NCBI GenBank assembly: GCA_902493895.1
Contig: CABUQW010000003.1
Span: forward strand, 13,997-77,996
Reading direction: 5' to 3'
Source of the DNA: an uncultured Collinsella sp.
GTDB lineage: Bacteria > Actinomycetota > Coriobacteriia > Coriobacteriales > Coriobacteriaceae
Length of the DNA: 64,000 bases
Shown: piece after piece, positions 20,593 to 30,574 of the stretch
Layout of the letters: every line of letters begins with the position of its first letter
How positions within the stretch are numbered: position 1 is the first letter of the stretch
Made by a program: the position numbers and the translations under genes
Notes under the pieces: generated by a model
Told to the model about the DNA's origin: nothing
Databases searched by the model: none
The model's input: only the letters and a program-made list of their open reading frames with translations

Positions 20593-23370
20593 ATGATTCT
20601 CAACGGACCGGGGATTAGCTATACCGAGCCCGATATCGGCGCGGAGTTCGTGCCGCCGATACCGGAGCATCCGCGCGAGGCCATCGTCAAGCTGTGCGAG
20701 CACTGCACCAACCGCCTGCTGCATCGCGACGAGCTGCTGGGCTACGAGTACTGGTCGTTTGCCGAGGCCGCGACTGACGAGCAGGCCGAAGTGCTCTGCA
20801 AGATGAAGATGCGCCGTCCCTATACGCTGCCCGAGATGGTCAAGCTCACCGGCATGCCCGAGGGCGATATCGAGAAGATACTCGACGATATGAGCTACAC
20901 GGGCCTGCTCGAGTACAACTGGGAAAACCCCGAGCGCGCCAAGCAGTGGGTTCTGCCCATGCTGGTGCCGGGTTCTGCCGAGTTCCTCAACATGCGCGTG
21001 GGCCAGCTCGAGGAGCATCCGGTCTATGCCAAGTTCTTTGAGCAGGCATCCAAAGGCCCGCTGTCCAAGGCTACGCCGATGGTGCCGCCCGGAGGCGCCG
21101 GTATCGGCATGCACGTCATTCCGGTCGAGAAGGCCATTGACGCCGCGAGCACCTCGGTGCCGATTGAGCATATCGAGCACTGGCTCGACAAATACGAGGG
21201 TAAGTATGCCGCCAGCACCTGCAGCTGCCGCGCGAGCCGTCGCGTGATGGGTGAGGGCTGTGCAGACGACCCGGCCGATTGGTGCATCGCCGTGGGCGAT
21301 ATGGCCGACTACGTGGTCGAGACCGATCGTGGCCATTACGTGACCCGCGACGAGGTTTACGACATCCTGCGCCAGGCCGAGGACAACGGCTTTGTGCACC
21401 AGATCACCAACATCGACGGCGAGAACAAGATCTTCGCCATCTGCAACTGCAACGTCAACGTGTGCTACGCCCTGCGCACCTCGCAGCTGTTCAACACGCC
21501 CAACCTGTCGCGCTCGGCCTATGTCGCCAAGGTCGAAAAGGACAAGTGCGTGGCCTGCGGTCGCTGCGTTGAGGTGTGTCCGGCCGGTGCCGCTAAGCTG
21601 GGCCAGAAGCTCTGCAGCAAAAAGGCCGGCGGACAGGTCCCCGAATATCCGCGCCAGGAGCTGCCCGATGCCACCAAGTGGGATCACACCAAGTGGTCGC
21701 CCAACTACCGCAACGACAACCGTATCGAGACGCACGAGTCCGGCACCGCGCCCTGCAAGACGGCCTGCCCCGCGCATGTCGCCGTTCAGGGCTACTTAAA
21801 GCTCGCGGCGCAGGGTCGCTATGACGAGGCGCTGGCGCTCATCAAGCGCGAGAACCCGCTGCCCGCTATCTGCGGCCGCGTGTGCAATCGCCGCTGCGAG
21901 GATGCCTGCACCCGCGGTCGCGTGGACGAGGCCGTGGCTATCGACGAGGTCAAGAAGTTTATCGCCCAGCGCGATCTGGACGCCGCGACCCGCTATGTCC
22001 CGCCCGTGGTGACCCCGACGCGTGCCGGCGGCTTCGACCAGAAGATCGCCATCATCGGTGCCGGCCCGGCCGGTCTGTCCTGCGCCTTCTATCTGGCTGA
22101 GAAGGGCTACAAGCCCGTCGTATTCGAGAAGAACGAGCGCCCGGGCGGCATGCTCACCTACGGCATTCCCAGCTTTAAGCTGCAGAAGGATGTTATCGAG
22201 GCCGAGGTCGAGGTCATTCGCCTGATGGGCGCCGAGTTCCGCTATGGCGTGGAGGTCGGTCGCGATGTGACACTCGACGAGCTGCGCGAGCAGGGCTTTA
22301 AGGCCTTCTACGTGGCTATTGGCTGCCAGGGCGGCCGCCTCGCCGGTATTCCGGGCGAGGATGCCGAGGACGTGACCGTGGCCGTCGACTTCCTTCGCGA
22401 GGTTAACAGCGGCAAGATTGATACCCTGTCCGGCCGCACCATTGTGGTGGGCGGCGGCAACGTGGCCATCGACGTTGCCCGCAACGCCTGCCGTTTGGGT
22501 TCCGAGCACGTTGAGATGTTCTGCCTGGAGAGCGAGGCCCAGATGCCCGCCAGCGAGGAGGAGCGTCGCGAGGCCGTTGAGGACGGCGCTCACATCAGCT
22601 GCGGCTGGGGCCCCAAGGAGATTCACCTGGACGAGGCCGGTCGTGTGTGCGGTATCACCTTCAAGCGCTGCACGCGTGTCTTTGACGACGAGGGCCGTTT
22701 TGCGCCCGAGTACGACGAGAACGATCTGTGCCGCGTCGATGCCGACCGTGTCATCATGTCGATTGGCCAGTCCATTGTGTGGGGCGACCTGCTGGCTGGC
22801 TCCAAGGTGGAGCTCGGCCGCGGCCAGGGCGCCCTTGCCGATTCCCAGACCTATCAGACTGCCGAGCCCGACATCTTTGTGGGCGGCGACGTTTATACCG
22901 GTCCGAGCTTTGCCATCGATGCCATCGCCGCCGGTCACGAGGCCGCCGTGTCCATCCATCGCTTTGTGCAGCCGGGCTCCACGCTCACCATCGGCCGCAA
23001 CCAGCGCCGCTACACCGCGCTCGACCGCGACGACGTTGTGCTCGAGGGCTACGACAACGCGAGCCGCGAGGTTGCGCATGTGGACCGCGAACGCGAGAAG
23101 GCTGCGCCGTTTAGCGAGTACGTCGAGACCTTTACCGAGGAGCAGGTGCGCGCCGAAACCGCCCGCTGCCTGGGCTGCGGTGCCTCAATCGTCGATCCCA
23201 ACAAGTGCATCGGCTGCGGCCTGTGCACCACCAAGTGCGCGTTTGACGCCATCCATCTGGATCGCGACCGCCCCGAGTGCTCAACGATGGTCAAATACGA
23301 GCAAAAGCTCCCGAGCCTCGGCAAGTATGCTTTAAAGCGTGCCATCAAAATCAAGTTCGGTCGTAAATAG
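20593..23370 (+). CDS. Large Fe-S flavoprotein oxidoreductase (4Fe-4S ferredoxin domains + GltD-like NAD(P)/FAD-binding domains)
   Basis: CVACGRCVEVCPAG and CIGCGLCTTKCAF ferredoxin motifs. GltD-like CGRVCNRRCEDAC plus IAIIGAGPAGLSCA and VVGGGNVAID dinucleotide folds. Confidence 0.8.
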   Translation: MILNGPGISYTEPDIGAEFVPPIPEHPREAIVKLCEHCTNRLLHRDELLGYEYWSFAEAATDEQAEVLCKMKMRRPYTLPEMVKLTGMPEGDIEKILDDMSYTGLLEYNWENPERAKQWVLPMLVPGSAEFLNMRVGQLEEHPVYAKFFEQASKGPLSKATPMVPPGGAGIGMHVIPVEKAIDAASTSVPIEHIEHWLDKYEGKYAASTCSCRASRRVMGEGCADDPADWCIAVGDMADYVVETDRGHYVTRDEVYDILRQAEDNGFVHQITNIDGENKIFAICNCNVNVCYALRTSQLFNTPNLSRSAYVAKVEKDKCVACGRCVEVCPAGAAKLGQKLCSKKAGGQVPEYPRQELPDATKWDHTKWSPNYRNDNRIETHESGTAPCKTACPAHVAVQGYLKLAAQGRYDEALALIKRENPLPAICGRVCNRRCEDACTRGRVDEAVAIDEVKKFIAQRDLDAATRYVPPVVTPTRAGGFDQKIAIIGAGPAGLSCAFYLAEKGYKPVVFEKNERPGGMLTYGIPSFKLQKDVIEAEVEVIRLMGAEFRYGVEVGRDVTLDELREQGFKAFYVAIGCQGGRLAGIPGEDAEDVTVAVDFLREVNSGKIDTLSGRTIVVGGGNVAIDVARNACRLGSEHVEMFCLESEAQMPASEEERREAVEDGAHISCGWGPKEIHLDEAGRVCGITFKRCTRVFDDEGRFAPEYDENDLCRVDADRVIMSIGQSIVWGDLLAGSKVELGRGQGALADSQTYQTAEPDIFVGGDVYTGPSFAIDAIAAGHEAAVSIHRFVQPGSTLTIGRNQRRYTALDRDDVVLEGYDNASREVAHVDREREKAAPFSEYVETFTEEQVRAETARCLGCGASIVDPNKCIGCGLCTTKCAFDAIHLDRDRPECSTMVKYEQKLPSLGKYALKRAIKIKFGRK

Positions 23371-23466
23371 GTAACCATGGCGGGTAAGGGGACGGCGCAG
23401 ACTAGACTTCGCCGTCCCCTTGCTTTGAGTTTGCATCGCATCAACCGTTGTTGAAAGGTTTCTACC

Positions 23467-23895
23467 TTGCATGAATTGGGAATCGTTTATCACATTATTC
23501 GCGATGTTGAGAACGTGGCGCGCGCCAATGGCGTGCGTCGCGTTTCGAGCGTGACGTTGCTACTGGGCGAGGTCTCGGGCGTCGTTCCCGACTTGCTGCT
23601 CGACGCTTGGCGCTGGGCAGCAGATAAAAAGCCTATCACCGAGGGCTCGGAGCTTATCGTGGAGCCCGTCGAGGCCGTGACACATTGCGAGGCGTGCGGC
23701 TGCGACTACGCGACGGTCGAGCACGGCAAGACCTGTCCCCAGTGCGGTAGCGGCGAGACCTATTTGCTGCAGGGTCAAGAGGTAATGATCAAACAGATCG
23801 AGACCCCCGACGAGGACCCGGCAGACGCTGCTCCTGACGGCCTCTCCGACGCCCCCGATGCCGTCGACGCCGCCAACCCACTCCACATCGCCTAA
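23467..23895 (+). CDS. hypA: Hydrogenase nickel-insertion protein HypA family, with an acidic C-terminal tail
   Basis: MHELGIV N-terminus and a CxxC..CPxC zinc motif (CEACG...CPQCG). The start codon is TTG. Confidence 0.7.
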   Translation: MHELGIVYHIIRDVENVARANGVRRVSSVTLLLGEVSGVVPDLLLDAWRWAADKKPITEGSELIVEPVEAVTHCEACGCDYATVEHGKTCPQCGSGETYLLQGQEVMIKQIETPDEDPADAAPDGLSDAPDAVDAANPLHIA

Positions 23896-24232
23896 CATCC
23901 AATGACTACATGGGCTAGAGTTCTAAACATATTTGCTTCGGTTAGTCAAGTCATGTCTGTTTAAACAAAATGGTGGCACGCAGACGCATTGGAATCCACC
24001 TAAAAGAGGTCTTAACGAACAGTGCACCTTTATATGTCTTTGAAAGCAATCAGCAAATCACGTTTTAGCAGGCAATAAGCTGTAAACCGGCAACGTAATC
24101 AATTTGTAACAAACTTAGACGTTTAAACAGATAAACCAACCATTTGCGAATTTAGCTATAATTCCACAATCCAAACAGGTATACTCCTTTCATGTCGTGT
24201 AGGAAATACGTAGACAAAAAGGAGGTTATGTG

Positions 24233-25222
24233 ATGGTAAGTATTGTTCTTGCTAGCCACGGGGACTTGGCAGCTGGAATCAAGCAGACGGGCTCGATGGT
24301 CTTTGGCGATCAGCCGTCTGTTGCCGTGGTCTCGCTCGAGCCGAGCATGGGCCCCGACGACTTCCGTGCCAAGGTCGAGGAAGCAGTCGCTTCCTTCGAG
24401 GACCAGGAGCAGGTGCTCTTCCTCGTTGATCTGTGGGGCGGCACGCCGTTCAACCAGATCAGCGGACTCATCGAGGGCCACGATTCCTGGGCTATCGTCA
24501 CCGGTGTCAACCTGCCTATGCTCATCGAGGCATATTCGCAGCGCTTTGACGCAAAGAACACTGCACATGCGATCGCAAAACATCTCGTGACTGAGGCTAA
24601 GGCTGGCGTGCGTGTCAAGCCCGAGTCTCTGGAGCCCGAGGAGAAGAAGCCGGCTGCGGCCGCCGCTGCTCCTGCAGGCGCCATCCCTCCGGGAACGGTC
24701 ATCGGCGATGGGCACATCAAGATCGCCCACGTCCGTATCGACACCCGTCTGCTTCATGGTCAGGTGGCCACCACGTGGACCAAGCAGATCAACCCCAACC
24801 GCATCATCGTGGTTTCCGACGGCGTTGCTCACGACGAGCTCCGCAAGACCATGATCGAGCAGGCTGCCCCTCCGGGAGTCCATGCCAACGTCGTGCCCAT
24901 CAAGAAGATGGCCGAGGTCGTCAAGGACACGCGCTTTGGTGACACCAAGGCCATGCTGCTCTTCGAGAACCCGCAGGATCTGCTCAGGGCCATCGAGGCC
25001 GGCGTCGACATCAAGGAAGTCAACATCGGTTCCATGGCTCACTCCAAGGGCAAGGTCGTCGTCACCAACGCCGTCGCTATGGGCGATGATGACGTTAAGA
25101 CTCTCGAGGCCCTCAAGGCCAAGGGCGTCAAGTTCGAGGTCCGCAAGGTTCCTTCGGATTCCTCCGAGGATCTCGACGCCATGTTGAAGAAAGCTAAGGC
25201 CGAACTGGCCGCTCAAGCATAG
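24233..25222 (+). CDS. manX: PTS mannose-family EIIAB component
   Basis: EIIA-Man N-terminal domain (IVLASHG), an Ala/Pro linker and an EIIB-Man domain (RIDTRLLHGQV). GGAGG lies 7 nt upstream of the ATG. Confidence 0.9.
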   Translation: MVSIVLASHGDLAAGIKQTGSMVFGDQPSVAVVSLEPSMGPDDFRAKVEEAVASFEDQEQVLFLVDLWGGTPFNQISGLIEGHDSWAIVTGVNLPMLIEAYSQRFDAKNTAHAIAKHLVTEAKAGVRVKPESLEPEEKKPAAAAAAPAGAIPPGTVIGDGHIKIAHVRIDTRLLHGQVATTWTKQINPNRIIVVSDGVAHDELRKTMIEQAAPPGVHANVVPIKKMAEVVKDTRFGDTKAMLLFENPQDLLRAIEAGVDIKEVNIGSMAHSKGKVVVTNAVAMGDDDVKTLEALKAKGVKFEVRKVPSDSSEDLDAMLKKAKAELAAQA

Positions 25223-25240
25223 TAAAGGAGGGTCCGATAC

Positions 25241-26059
25241 ATGTCTGCAATCACTATTCTGCTTGTTGCGATTGTCGCGTTGCTTGCCGGTATGGAAGGC
25301 ATTCTGGATGAGTTCCAGTTCCATCAGCCGCTCGTGGCATGCACGCTTATCGGTCTCGTAACCGGTCACCTTCAGGAGGGCATCCTCCTGGGCGGTTCGC
25401 TCCAGATGATGGCCCTTGGCTGGGCTAACGTCGGCGCCGCCGTCGCGCCTGATGCCGCTCTGGCTTCGGTCGCTTCTTCGATCATCATGGTGCTCGCCCT
25501 CAACGGTGGCGCCACCGATTCGGCCAAGGCCGTTACCGCCGCCATCGCCGTCGCCGTCCCGCTGTCGGTCGCTGGTCTGTTCCTGACCATGATCTGCCGT
25601 ACCCTGGCCACCGCTATCGCTCACGCCATGGACGGTTGCGCCGAGAAGGGCGACTTCTCCGGCATCGAGCGCTGGCAGTACGCTGCCATCCTCATGCAGG
25701 GCCTTCGCATCGCCATCCCGGCAGTACTTCTGTGCATCATCCCGGCCGAGGCCGTTACCAACGCGCTTAACGCTATGCCCGACTGGCTGTCCGGCGGCAT
25801 GGCTGTCGGCGGCGGCATGGTCGCTTCCGTCGGTTACGCCATGGTCATCAACATGATGGCCACCAAGGAGACCTGGCCGTTCTTCATCCTCGGCTTTGTC
25901 CTTGCTGCCATCCCTCAGCTCACGCTGATCGCCCTTGGCCTCATCGGCATCTCCCTTGCCCTCATCTACCTTGGCCTTAAGGATCTGGCCAAGCAGGGTG
26001 GCGGCATGGGCGGTGGCTCCGGTGACCCGCTCGGCGACATTCTGAACGATTACGAGTAG
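25241..26059 (+). CDS. manY: PTS mannose-family EIIC component
   Basis: Polytopic membrane protein with a typical ManY-like translation. Lies in operon context. Confidence 0.9.
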   Translation: MSAITILLVAIVALLAGMEGILDEFQFHQPLVACTLIGLVTGHLQEGILLGGSLQMMALGWANVGAAVAPDAALASVASSIIMVLALNGGATDSAKAVTAAIAVAVPLSVAGLFLTMICRTLATAIAHAMDGCAEKGDFSGIERWQYAAILMQGLRIAIPAVLLCIIPAEAVTNALNAMPDWLSGGMAVGGGMVASVGYAMVINMMATKETWPFFILGFVLAAIPQLTLIALGLIGISLALIYLGLKDLAKQGGGMGGGSGDPLGDILNDYE

Positions 26060-26075
26060 GAGGGGAGTGATACAT

Positions 26076-26996
26076 ATGGCAGAGAACAAGATTCAGCTCA
26101 CCAAGGCTGACCGCAAGAAGGTTTGCTTCCGTCATCAGTTCCTTCAGGGCTCGTGGAACTACGAGCGTATGCAGAACGGCGGCTGGTGCTTCGCAATGAT
26201 CCCTGCGATCAAGAAGCTCTACACCAACAAGGATGACCAGATTGCCGCTCTTAAGCGCCACCTGGAGTTCTATAACACCCATCCCTATGTTTCCGCCCCC
26301 GTCATTGGCGTCACCCTCGCTCTCGAGGAGGAGCGCGCCAACGGTGCCCCGATCGACGACGTCGCCATTCAGGGCGTCAAGGTCGGTATGATGGGCCCGC
26401 TCGCCGGCGTCGGCGACCCCGCCTTCTGGTTCACCCTTCGCCCGATTCTGGGCGCTCTGGGCGCTTCCCTGGCCCTGTCCGGCAGCATCGCCGGTCCGCT
26501 GCTGTTCTTCTTCGCGTGGAACATCATCCGTTACGCCTTCCTGTGGTACACGCAGGAGTTTGGCTACAAGGTCGGCTCCTCCATCGCCAAGGACCTCTCC
26601 GGCGGTCTGATGGGCAAGGTCACCGAGGGTGCTTCCATCCTGGGTATGTTCATCATCGGCGCCCTGGTCGAGCGCTGGGTGTCCATCTCCTTCACCCCGG
26701 TCGTCTCCAAGGTCACGCAGTCTGCTGGCGCCTTTATCGACTGGGCTAACCTGCCCTCCGGTTCTGAGGGTGTCAAGGAAGCACTGACGATGTATAACTC
26801 CATCGGTGCTAACGCTCTTGATCAGGTGAAGGTCACCACGCTTCAGGCCAACCTCGATCAGCTCATCCCCGGTCTTGCCGCCGTGTGCCTGACCCTGCTG
26901 GTCTGCAAGCTCCTCAAGAAGAAGGTCAGCCCGATCGTCATCATCCTGGCTCTCTTCGCCATCGGCATCATCGGTCGCGTCTGCGGCTTCATGTAA
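26076..26996 (+). CDS. manZ: PTS mannose-family EIID component
   Basis: ManZ-like N-terminus (FRHQFLQGSWNYERMQNGGW). Confidence 0.9.
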   Translation: MAENKIQLTKADRKKVCFRHQFLQGSWNYERMQNGGWCFAMIPAIKKLYTNKDDQIAALKRHLEFYNTHPYVSAPVIGVTLALEEERANGAPIDDVAIQGVKVGMMGPLAGVGDPAFWFTLRPILGALGASLALSGSIAGPLLFFFAWNIIRYAFLWYTQEFGYKVGSSIAKDLSGGLMGKVTEGASILGMFIIGALVERWVSISFTPVVSKVTQSAGAFIDWANLPSGSEGVKEALTMYNSIGANALDQVKVTTLQANLDQLIPGLAAVCLTLLVCKLLKKKVSPIVIILALFAIGIIGRVCGFM

Positions 26997-27116
26997 GCAC
27001 GTTTCGGCTTAAGACCGAGAATTGCTAGGCAAGGGCTTTTGAGCCATTGAAACGGACCGCACCCGGTGGGTACACTGGATGCGGTCCGATTGTTTTATTT
27101 GGAGGGCGAGGTGCGC

Positions 27117-27515
27117 ATGGCGCAATCTCAGAACAGCACGGTCGATTTGGCAACGCCGGCAACCTGCCTGATGGGGCTTACCAGTCACGGTAACGTAATG
27201 GTGGGCAATAAGGCGTTCGAGTATTACAACGAGCGCAATCCCGAGGATTATATTCAAATTCCGTGGGACGAGGTCGACTATATTGCCGCCGAGGTTTTGC
27301 GCGGCACCAAGAAGATTACGCGTTTTGCCATCTTCACCAAGGACAACGGTCACTTTACGTTTTCGACGCGCGACGACAAAGAGACGTTGCGCGCGGTCCG
27401 CAAGTACGTCGACGAGGACAAGCTCGTGCGCTCGCCCGACTTTATCGACGTGACCGCCAAGGGTGCCAAGAGCATCCCCTCCGTCATCAAAGGCCTTTTC
27501 CATAAAGGTAACTAG
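27117..27515 (+). CDS. DUF956-family protein (ManO-like), commonly linked to man-PTS operons
   Basis: The translation resembles DUF956 (from memory) and the gene sits directly after manZ. GGAGGG lies upstream of ATG 27117. Confidence 0.7.
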   Translation: MAQSQNSTVDLATPATCLMGLTSHGNVMVGNKAFEYYNERNPEDYIQIPWDEVDYIAAEVLRGTKKITRFAIFTKDNGHFTFSTRDDKETLRAVRKYVDEDKLVRSPDFIDVTAKGAKSIPSVIKGLFHKGN

Positions 27516-27536
27516 TCACCTGCGATAGATGGCGGA

Positions 27537-27584
27537 AAATGCATCCCGGAATTCGTTCTCATTCCGGGATGCATTTTCCTTTTG
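27537..27584 (+). terminator. Terminator of the man-PTS operon
   Basis: AAAATGCATCCCGGAAT-N8-ATTCCGGGATGCATTTT followed by a T-rich tract. Confidence 0.7.
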
Positions 27585-27807
27585 AGCGCCAGTTGGGAAA
27601 GCTTGTCCCATTTTTTAGCCGAATACCGGGATGGAATTTCCCTTACATGTGGTTAGAGGAAACCCCATCCCATTATTTTGCGTTATTCTGGGTTATAATT
27701 TTCCGTTATTGAGAAGGCTCTACGGCGATAATTCGCTGCAGAGCCTTCTTGATGAGTGGCCATGCGCTACATGGCCAAGGGGCAAATCTGCTACACTAGT
27801 ACAACAT

Positions 27808-27883
27808 GCCTCCGTAGCTCAGGGGATAGAGCACCGCTCTCCTAAAGCGGGTGTCGACGGTTCGAATCCGCCCGGGGGCACCA
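27808..27883 (+). tRNA. tRNA-Arg (anticodon CCU)
   Basis: Folded by hand into a cloverleaf of 76 nt with an encoded CCA. Acceptor GCCTCCG/CGGGGGC, D stem GCTC/GAGC, anticodon stem CCGCT/AGCGG with loop CTCCTAA, T loop TTCGAAT. There is one A-C mismatch in the T stem. Confidence 0.9.
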
Positions 27884-27978
27884 GGGAATATGACGGCGTC
27901 GCGGGAGCGGCGCCGTTTCTGGTTTGCGGGGGCCGCCGGCGGATTCGGGCCGTCGACACCCGCGTCACCAATTGCGTC
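27861..27978 (+). repeat. Left direct repeat of the tRNA-Arg islet (tRNA 3' part + ~95 bp downstream)
   Basis: Repeated at 31036-31153. The first 43 nt are identical, and I count about nine mismatches over ~118 nt by manual alignment. Confidence 0.8.
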
Positions 27979-28140
27979 TAGAGCCCTCCGGTAGAGTGTC
28001 CAAGCCCTAAAGCCCAGTTGATGCTACGGGGTTTAGAGGCGGACTGAAGCAAGGGGAAGACATGTCCGCTCGGGGTGATAGACTAACGCTGTGGTAAATA
28101 CAGGACAGTTTGACCGTTTTTCAACCAAGATAGGCGTCCC

Positions 28141-29289
28141 ATGCAACTAAATGCAGCTGATATAGCGCAAAAGAGAATTGACCTCGGCCTCACCCAAAAG
28201 GAGTTCGCCGCCGCCCTTGGTATGGGCTCGTCTGGCGAACGCACCGTTCGGCGCTGGGAGTCTGGGGATACTAGTCCAACGGCGGCTGAATGCGCCTTTA
28301 TCGCATCGCTCGATGCGGGGGCTCCATTTGACCAAGGGGAGCGCAGCGACGCGCCTTTTACCTTCTGCGATCTCTTCGCGGGCATCGGCGGTATACGAAT
28401 GCCGTTCCAGGAGCTTGGCGGTAGGTGCGTCTTCTCTTGCGAGTGGGATAAGTTCGCCCAGAAAACCTACCGGATGAACTATGGAGAGACCCCGGCGGGC
28501 GACATCCGTCAGGTCGCATCAAACGATATACCGGACTTCGATGTCCTGCTCGCAGGCTTTCCTTGTCAGCCATTCTCCCTTGCAGGCGTTTCGAAGAAGC
28601 AATCTTTGGGGAGACCCACCGGCTTTGAGGATAAAACGCAGGGAACCCTCTTTTTCGAGGTCGCTCGCATCATACGCGACAAGCGCCCGAAGGCCTTCTT
28701 GCTTGAGAACGTTAAGAACCTTACGAGTCACGACGGCGGGAAGACCTTCAAGGTCATACGACAGACGCTTGAGGAGGACCTTGGATACCATATTTTCTGG
28801 AAAGTGCTTGATTCAAAAAACTGGACGTGCCAGCACAGGGAGCGCATCTACATCGTGGGGTTCAGGGAGGAAGTTCCCTTCTCGTGGGATGACCTTGAGG
28901 TGCCGGGACCGGGACATACGCTAGGGGAAATCCTCGAAGAGCAACCAAACGAACGCTACACCATTTCGGATAAGCTATGGGCCTATCTGCGCGCCTATCG
29001 CGAAAAGCATGAGGCGGCGGGCCACGGCTTTGGATACTCGATGGTCGGCCCAGAGGACACGACAAGGACGCTTTCCGCCCGGTACCACAAGGATGGCAGC
29101 GAGATTCTGGTCGGGCAGGAAGGAAAAAACCCTCGTAAACTCACTCCCCGCGAATGCGCGCGCCTGCAAGGATTTCCCGATGAGTTCATCATCCCGGTGT
29201 CGGATACTCAGGCATACAGGCAGTTCGGCAACTCCGTGACCGTGCCGGTCGTGCGCTCGGTCGCGAAGTTGATGATGGAGGTGTTCTAG
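28141..29289 (+). CDS. DNA (cytosine-5)-methyltransferase with an N-terminal XRE-type HTH domain
   Basis: C5-MTase motifs (FCDLFAGIGG, GFPCQPFS, ENVKNL, QFGNSV) preceded by the HTH LGLTQKEFAAALGMGSSGERTVRRWESG. Confidence 0.9.
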   Translation: MQLNAADIAQKRIDLGLTQKEFAAALGMGSSGERTVRRWESGDTSPTAAECAFIASLDAGAPFDQGERSDAPFTFCDLFAGIGGIRMPFQELGGRCVFSCEWDKFAQKTYRMNYGETPAGDIRQVASNDIPDFDVLLAGFPCQPFSLAGVSKKQSLGRPTGFEDKTQGTLFFEVARIIRDKRPKAFLLENVKNLTSHDGGKTFKVIRQTLEEDLGYHIFWKVLDSKNWTCQHRERIYIVGFREEVPFSWDDLEVPGPGHTLGEILEEQPNERYTISDKLWAYLRAYREKHEAAGHGFGYSMVGPEDTTRTLSARYHKDGSEILVGQEGKNPRKLTPRECARLQGFPDEFIIPVSDTQAYRQFGNSVTVPVVRSVAKLMMEVF

Positions 29290-29290
29290 G

Positions 29291-30505
29291 ATGGACTATG
29301 GAGTACTTGGCGCGTATTTTGACGGTGCTGTCGCGAAAACCCTCGCGGGCGTTGACATCATGGGGGCCAATAAAAGCCACCAGCACGAATTCAACGGCGT
29401 GGGGCCTTTGCGCGCGCTTTTCGGAGACGATGACATAAAGGGGATGCGAACTACCTTCGCATATCTCGATGATGGTGCAGACCCTATATTCGACCATGGT
29501 TATACCACTTGGTACGACGCCCGCAGGAAGCATCCAACTAGAACTGAGTATAGGCTCTACTACAACGATAATGCTGCCATGGGCATGGCCCGTCCGGGCG
29601 ACCTCATGGTTTTGGCCCTACACGAAGCCAAGGAGGTCGTAATCCTATTTGCCCGAGCGGGGAGTACGGCGGAATCTCAAGTTCGCTGGCTCTTCGCGCT
29701 CGACGGGGTTGGCGAGAAGGGTTTTACGCCCTCTGCTCGGGAGGATACGCGCATCACGTCGATCGCCGCAAGGATTTTGGAGTCCATCGGCATCGAAGTT
29801 AGCATGCCGATCGCAGCGGAGAACTTCCTCGACGGTATGATCGAGAAATTCGGCGAGTCCTTCCCCAAAGGGGCAGACTTCTCAGCCTACTCAGCTTCCA
29901 CCCTTGGAAAGCTCGATTGGACGGGCGACCCGGATGGCTGCTTGGTCGCTTGTTACGAACGCGAAGAGATGCTGTTCCGCGTCTTTGAGCGGCATCTCTT
30001 GGAGCGCGACCTCGCGCCATACCTTGGCTCGGCGCTTGATGTTGATGGCGTGCTGCGCACCACTATGTCGGCCTTCCAGCGCCGCAAGTCCCGTGCGGGG
30101 ACGGCGTTCGAGAATCAACTCTCGATGCTATTCGATGCTAGGGGCATACGCTACTCGGCGCAGAAATACACCGAGGGCAAATCAAAGCCGGATTTCATCT
30201 TTCCCTCTATTGACGATTACCACGACCCCAAGTTCCCTGTCGCTCGACTGACGATGCTCGGTGCCAAGACAACCATCAAGGAGCGTTGGCGTCAGGTGCT
30301 TGATGAGGCTGACAGAATCGAGGACAAGCATCTTGTAACACTTGAGCCCGCCGTAAGTGAGGATTACACACGAGCTATGGCTAAGGACAGGCTCAGCCTC
30401 GTTGTGCCCTCATCGCTGTTCGAAACCTACACGCCCGCGCAAAGGGAATGGCTCATGAGCGTCAACGACTTCTGCAGGCTGGTAGAAGCCCGACAGCACG
30501 AGTAG
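29291..30505 (+). CDS. Type II restriction endonuclease, EcoRII-family catalytic C-terminal domain
   Basis: The C-terminal half matches EcoRII as I remember it (RRKSRAG..E..L, KPDFIFPS, KTTxKERWRQVLDEAD, VVPSSL). Same length as EcoRII (404 aa). Starts 2 nt after the methyltransferase stop. Confidence 0.8.
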   Translation: MDYGVLGAYFDGAVAKTLAGVDIMGANKSHQHEFNGVGPLRALFGDDDIKGMRTTFAYLDDGADPIFDHGYTTWYDARRKHPTRTEYRLYYNDNAAMGMARPGDLMVLALHEAKEVVILFARAGSTAESQVRWLFALDGVGEKGFTPSAREDTRITSIAARILESIGIEVSMPIAAENFLDGMIEKFGESFPKGADFSAYSASTLGKLDWTGDPDGCLVACYEREEMLFRVFERHLLERDLAPYLGSALDVDGVLRTTMSAFQRRKSRAGTAFENQLSMLFDARGIRYSAQKYTEGKSKPDFIFPSIDDYHDPKFPVARLTMLGAKTTIKERWRQVLDEADRIEDKHLVTLEPAVSEDYTRAMAKDRLSLVVPSSLFETYTPAQREWLMSVNDFCRLVEARQHE

Positions 30506-30531
30506 AACCACGAGACGTATTTTAGAAATGA

Positions 30532-30568
30532 GGCCGGAGACCAGTTGAGTCTCCGGTCTTCTTTTTTC
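30532..30568 (+). terminator. Rho-independent terminator after the endonuclease gene
   Basis: CCGGAGAC-N7-GTCTCCGG followed by TCTTCTTTTTT. Confidence 0.75.
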
Positions 30569-30574
30569 ACTCGC

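Noticed and set aside
23974-23990. A sigma-54-like TGGCAC-N-GC element upstream of the mannose PTS operon.
   Set aside because: The GG-to-GC spacing is one nucleotide short of the strict -24/-12 geometry (TGGCAC-N5-TTGCA). No LevR/ManR-type enhancer-binding protein is encoded nearby.
27631-27981. Track ORFs reading through the tRNA-Arg gene and through the att-like repeat (27631-27981 and 30842-31081, both containing ..SNPPGGTREYDGVA..).
   Set aside because: The shared peptide is simply the translated tRNA 3' end and terminator repeat, so these are not protein-coding.
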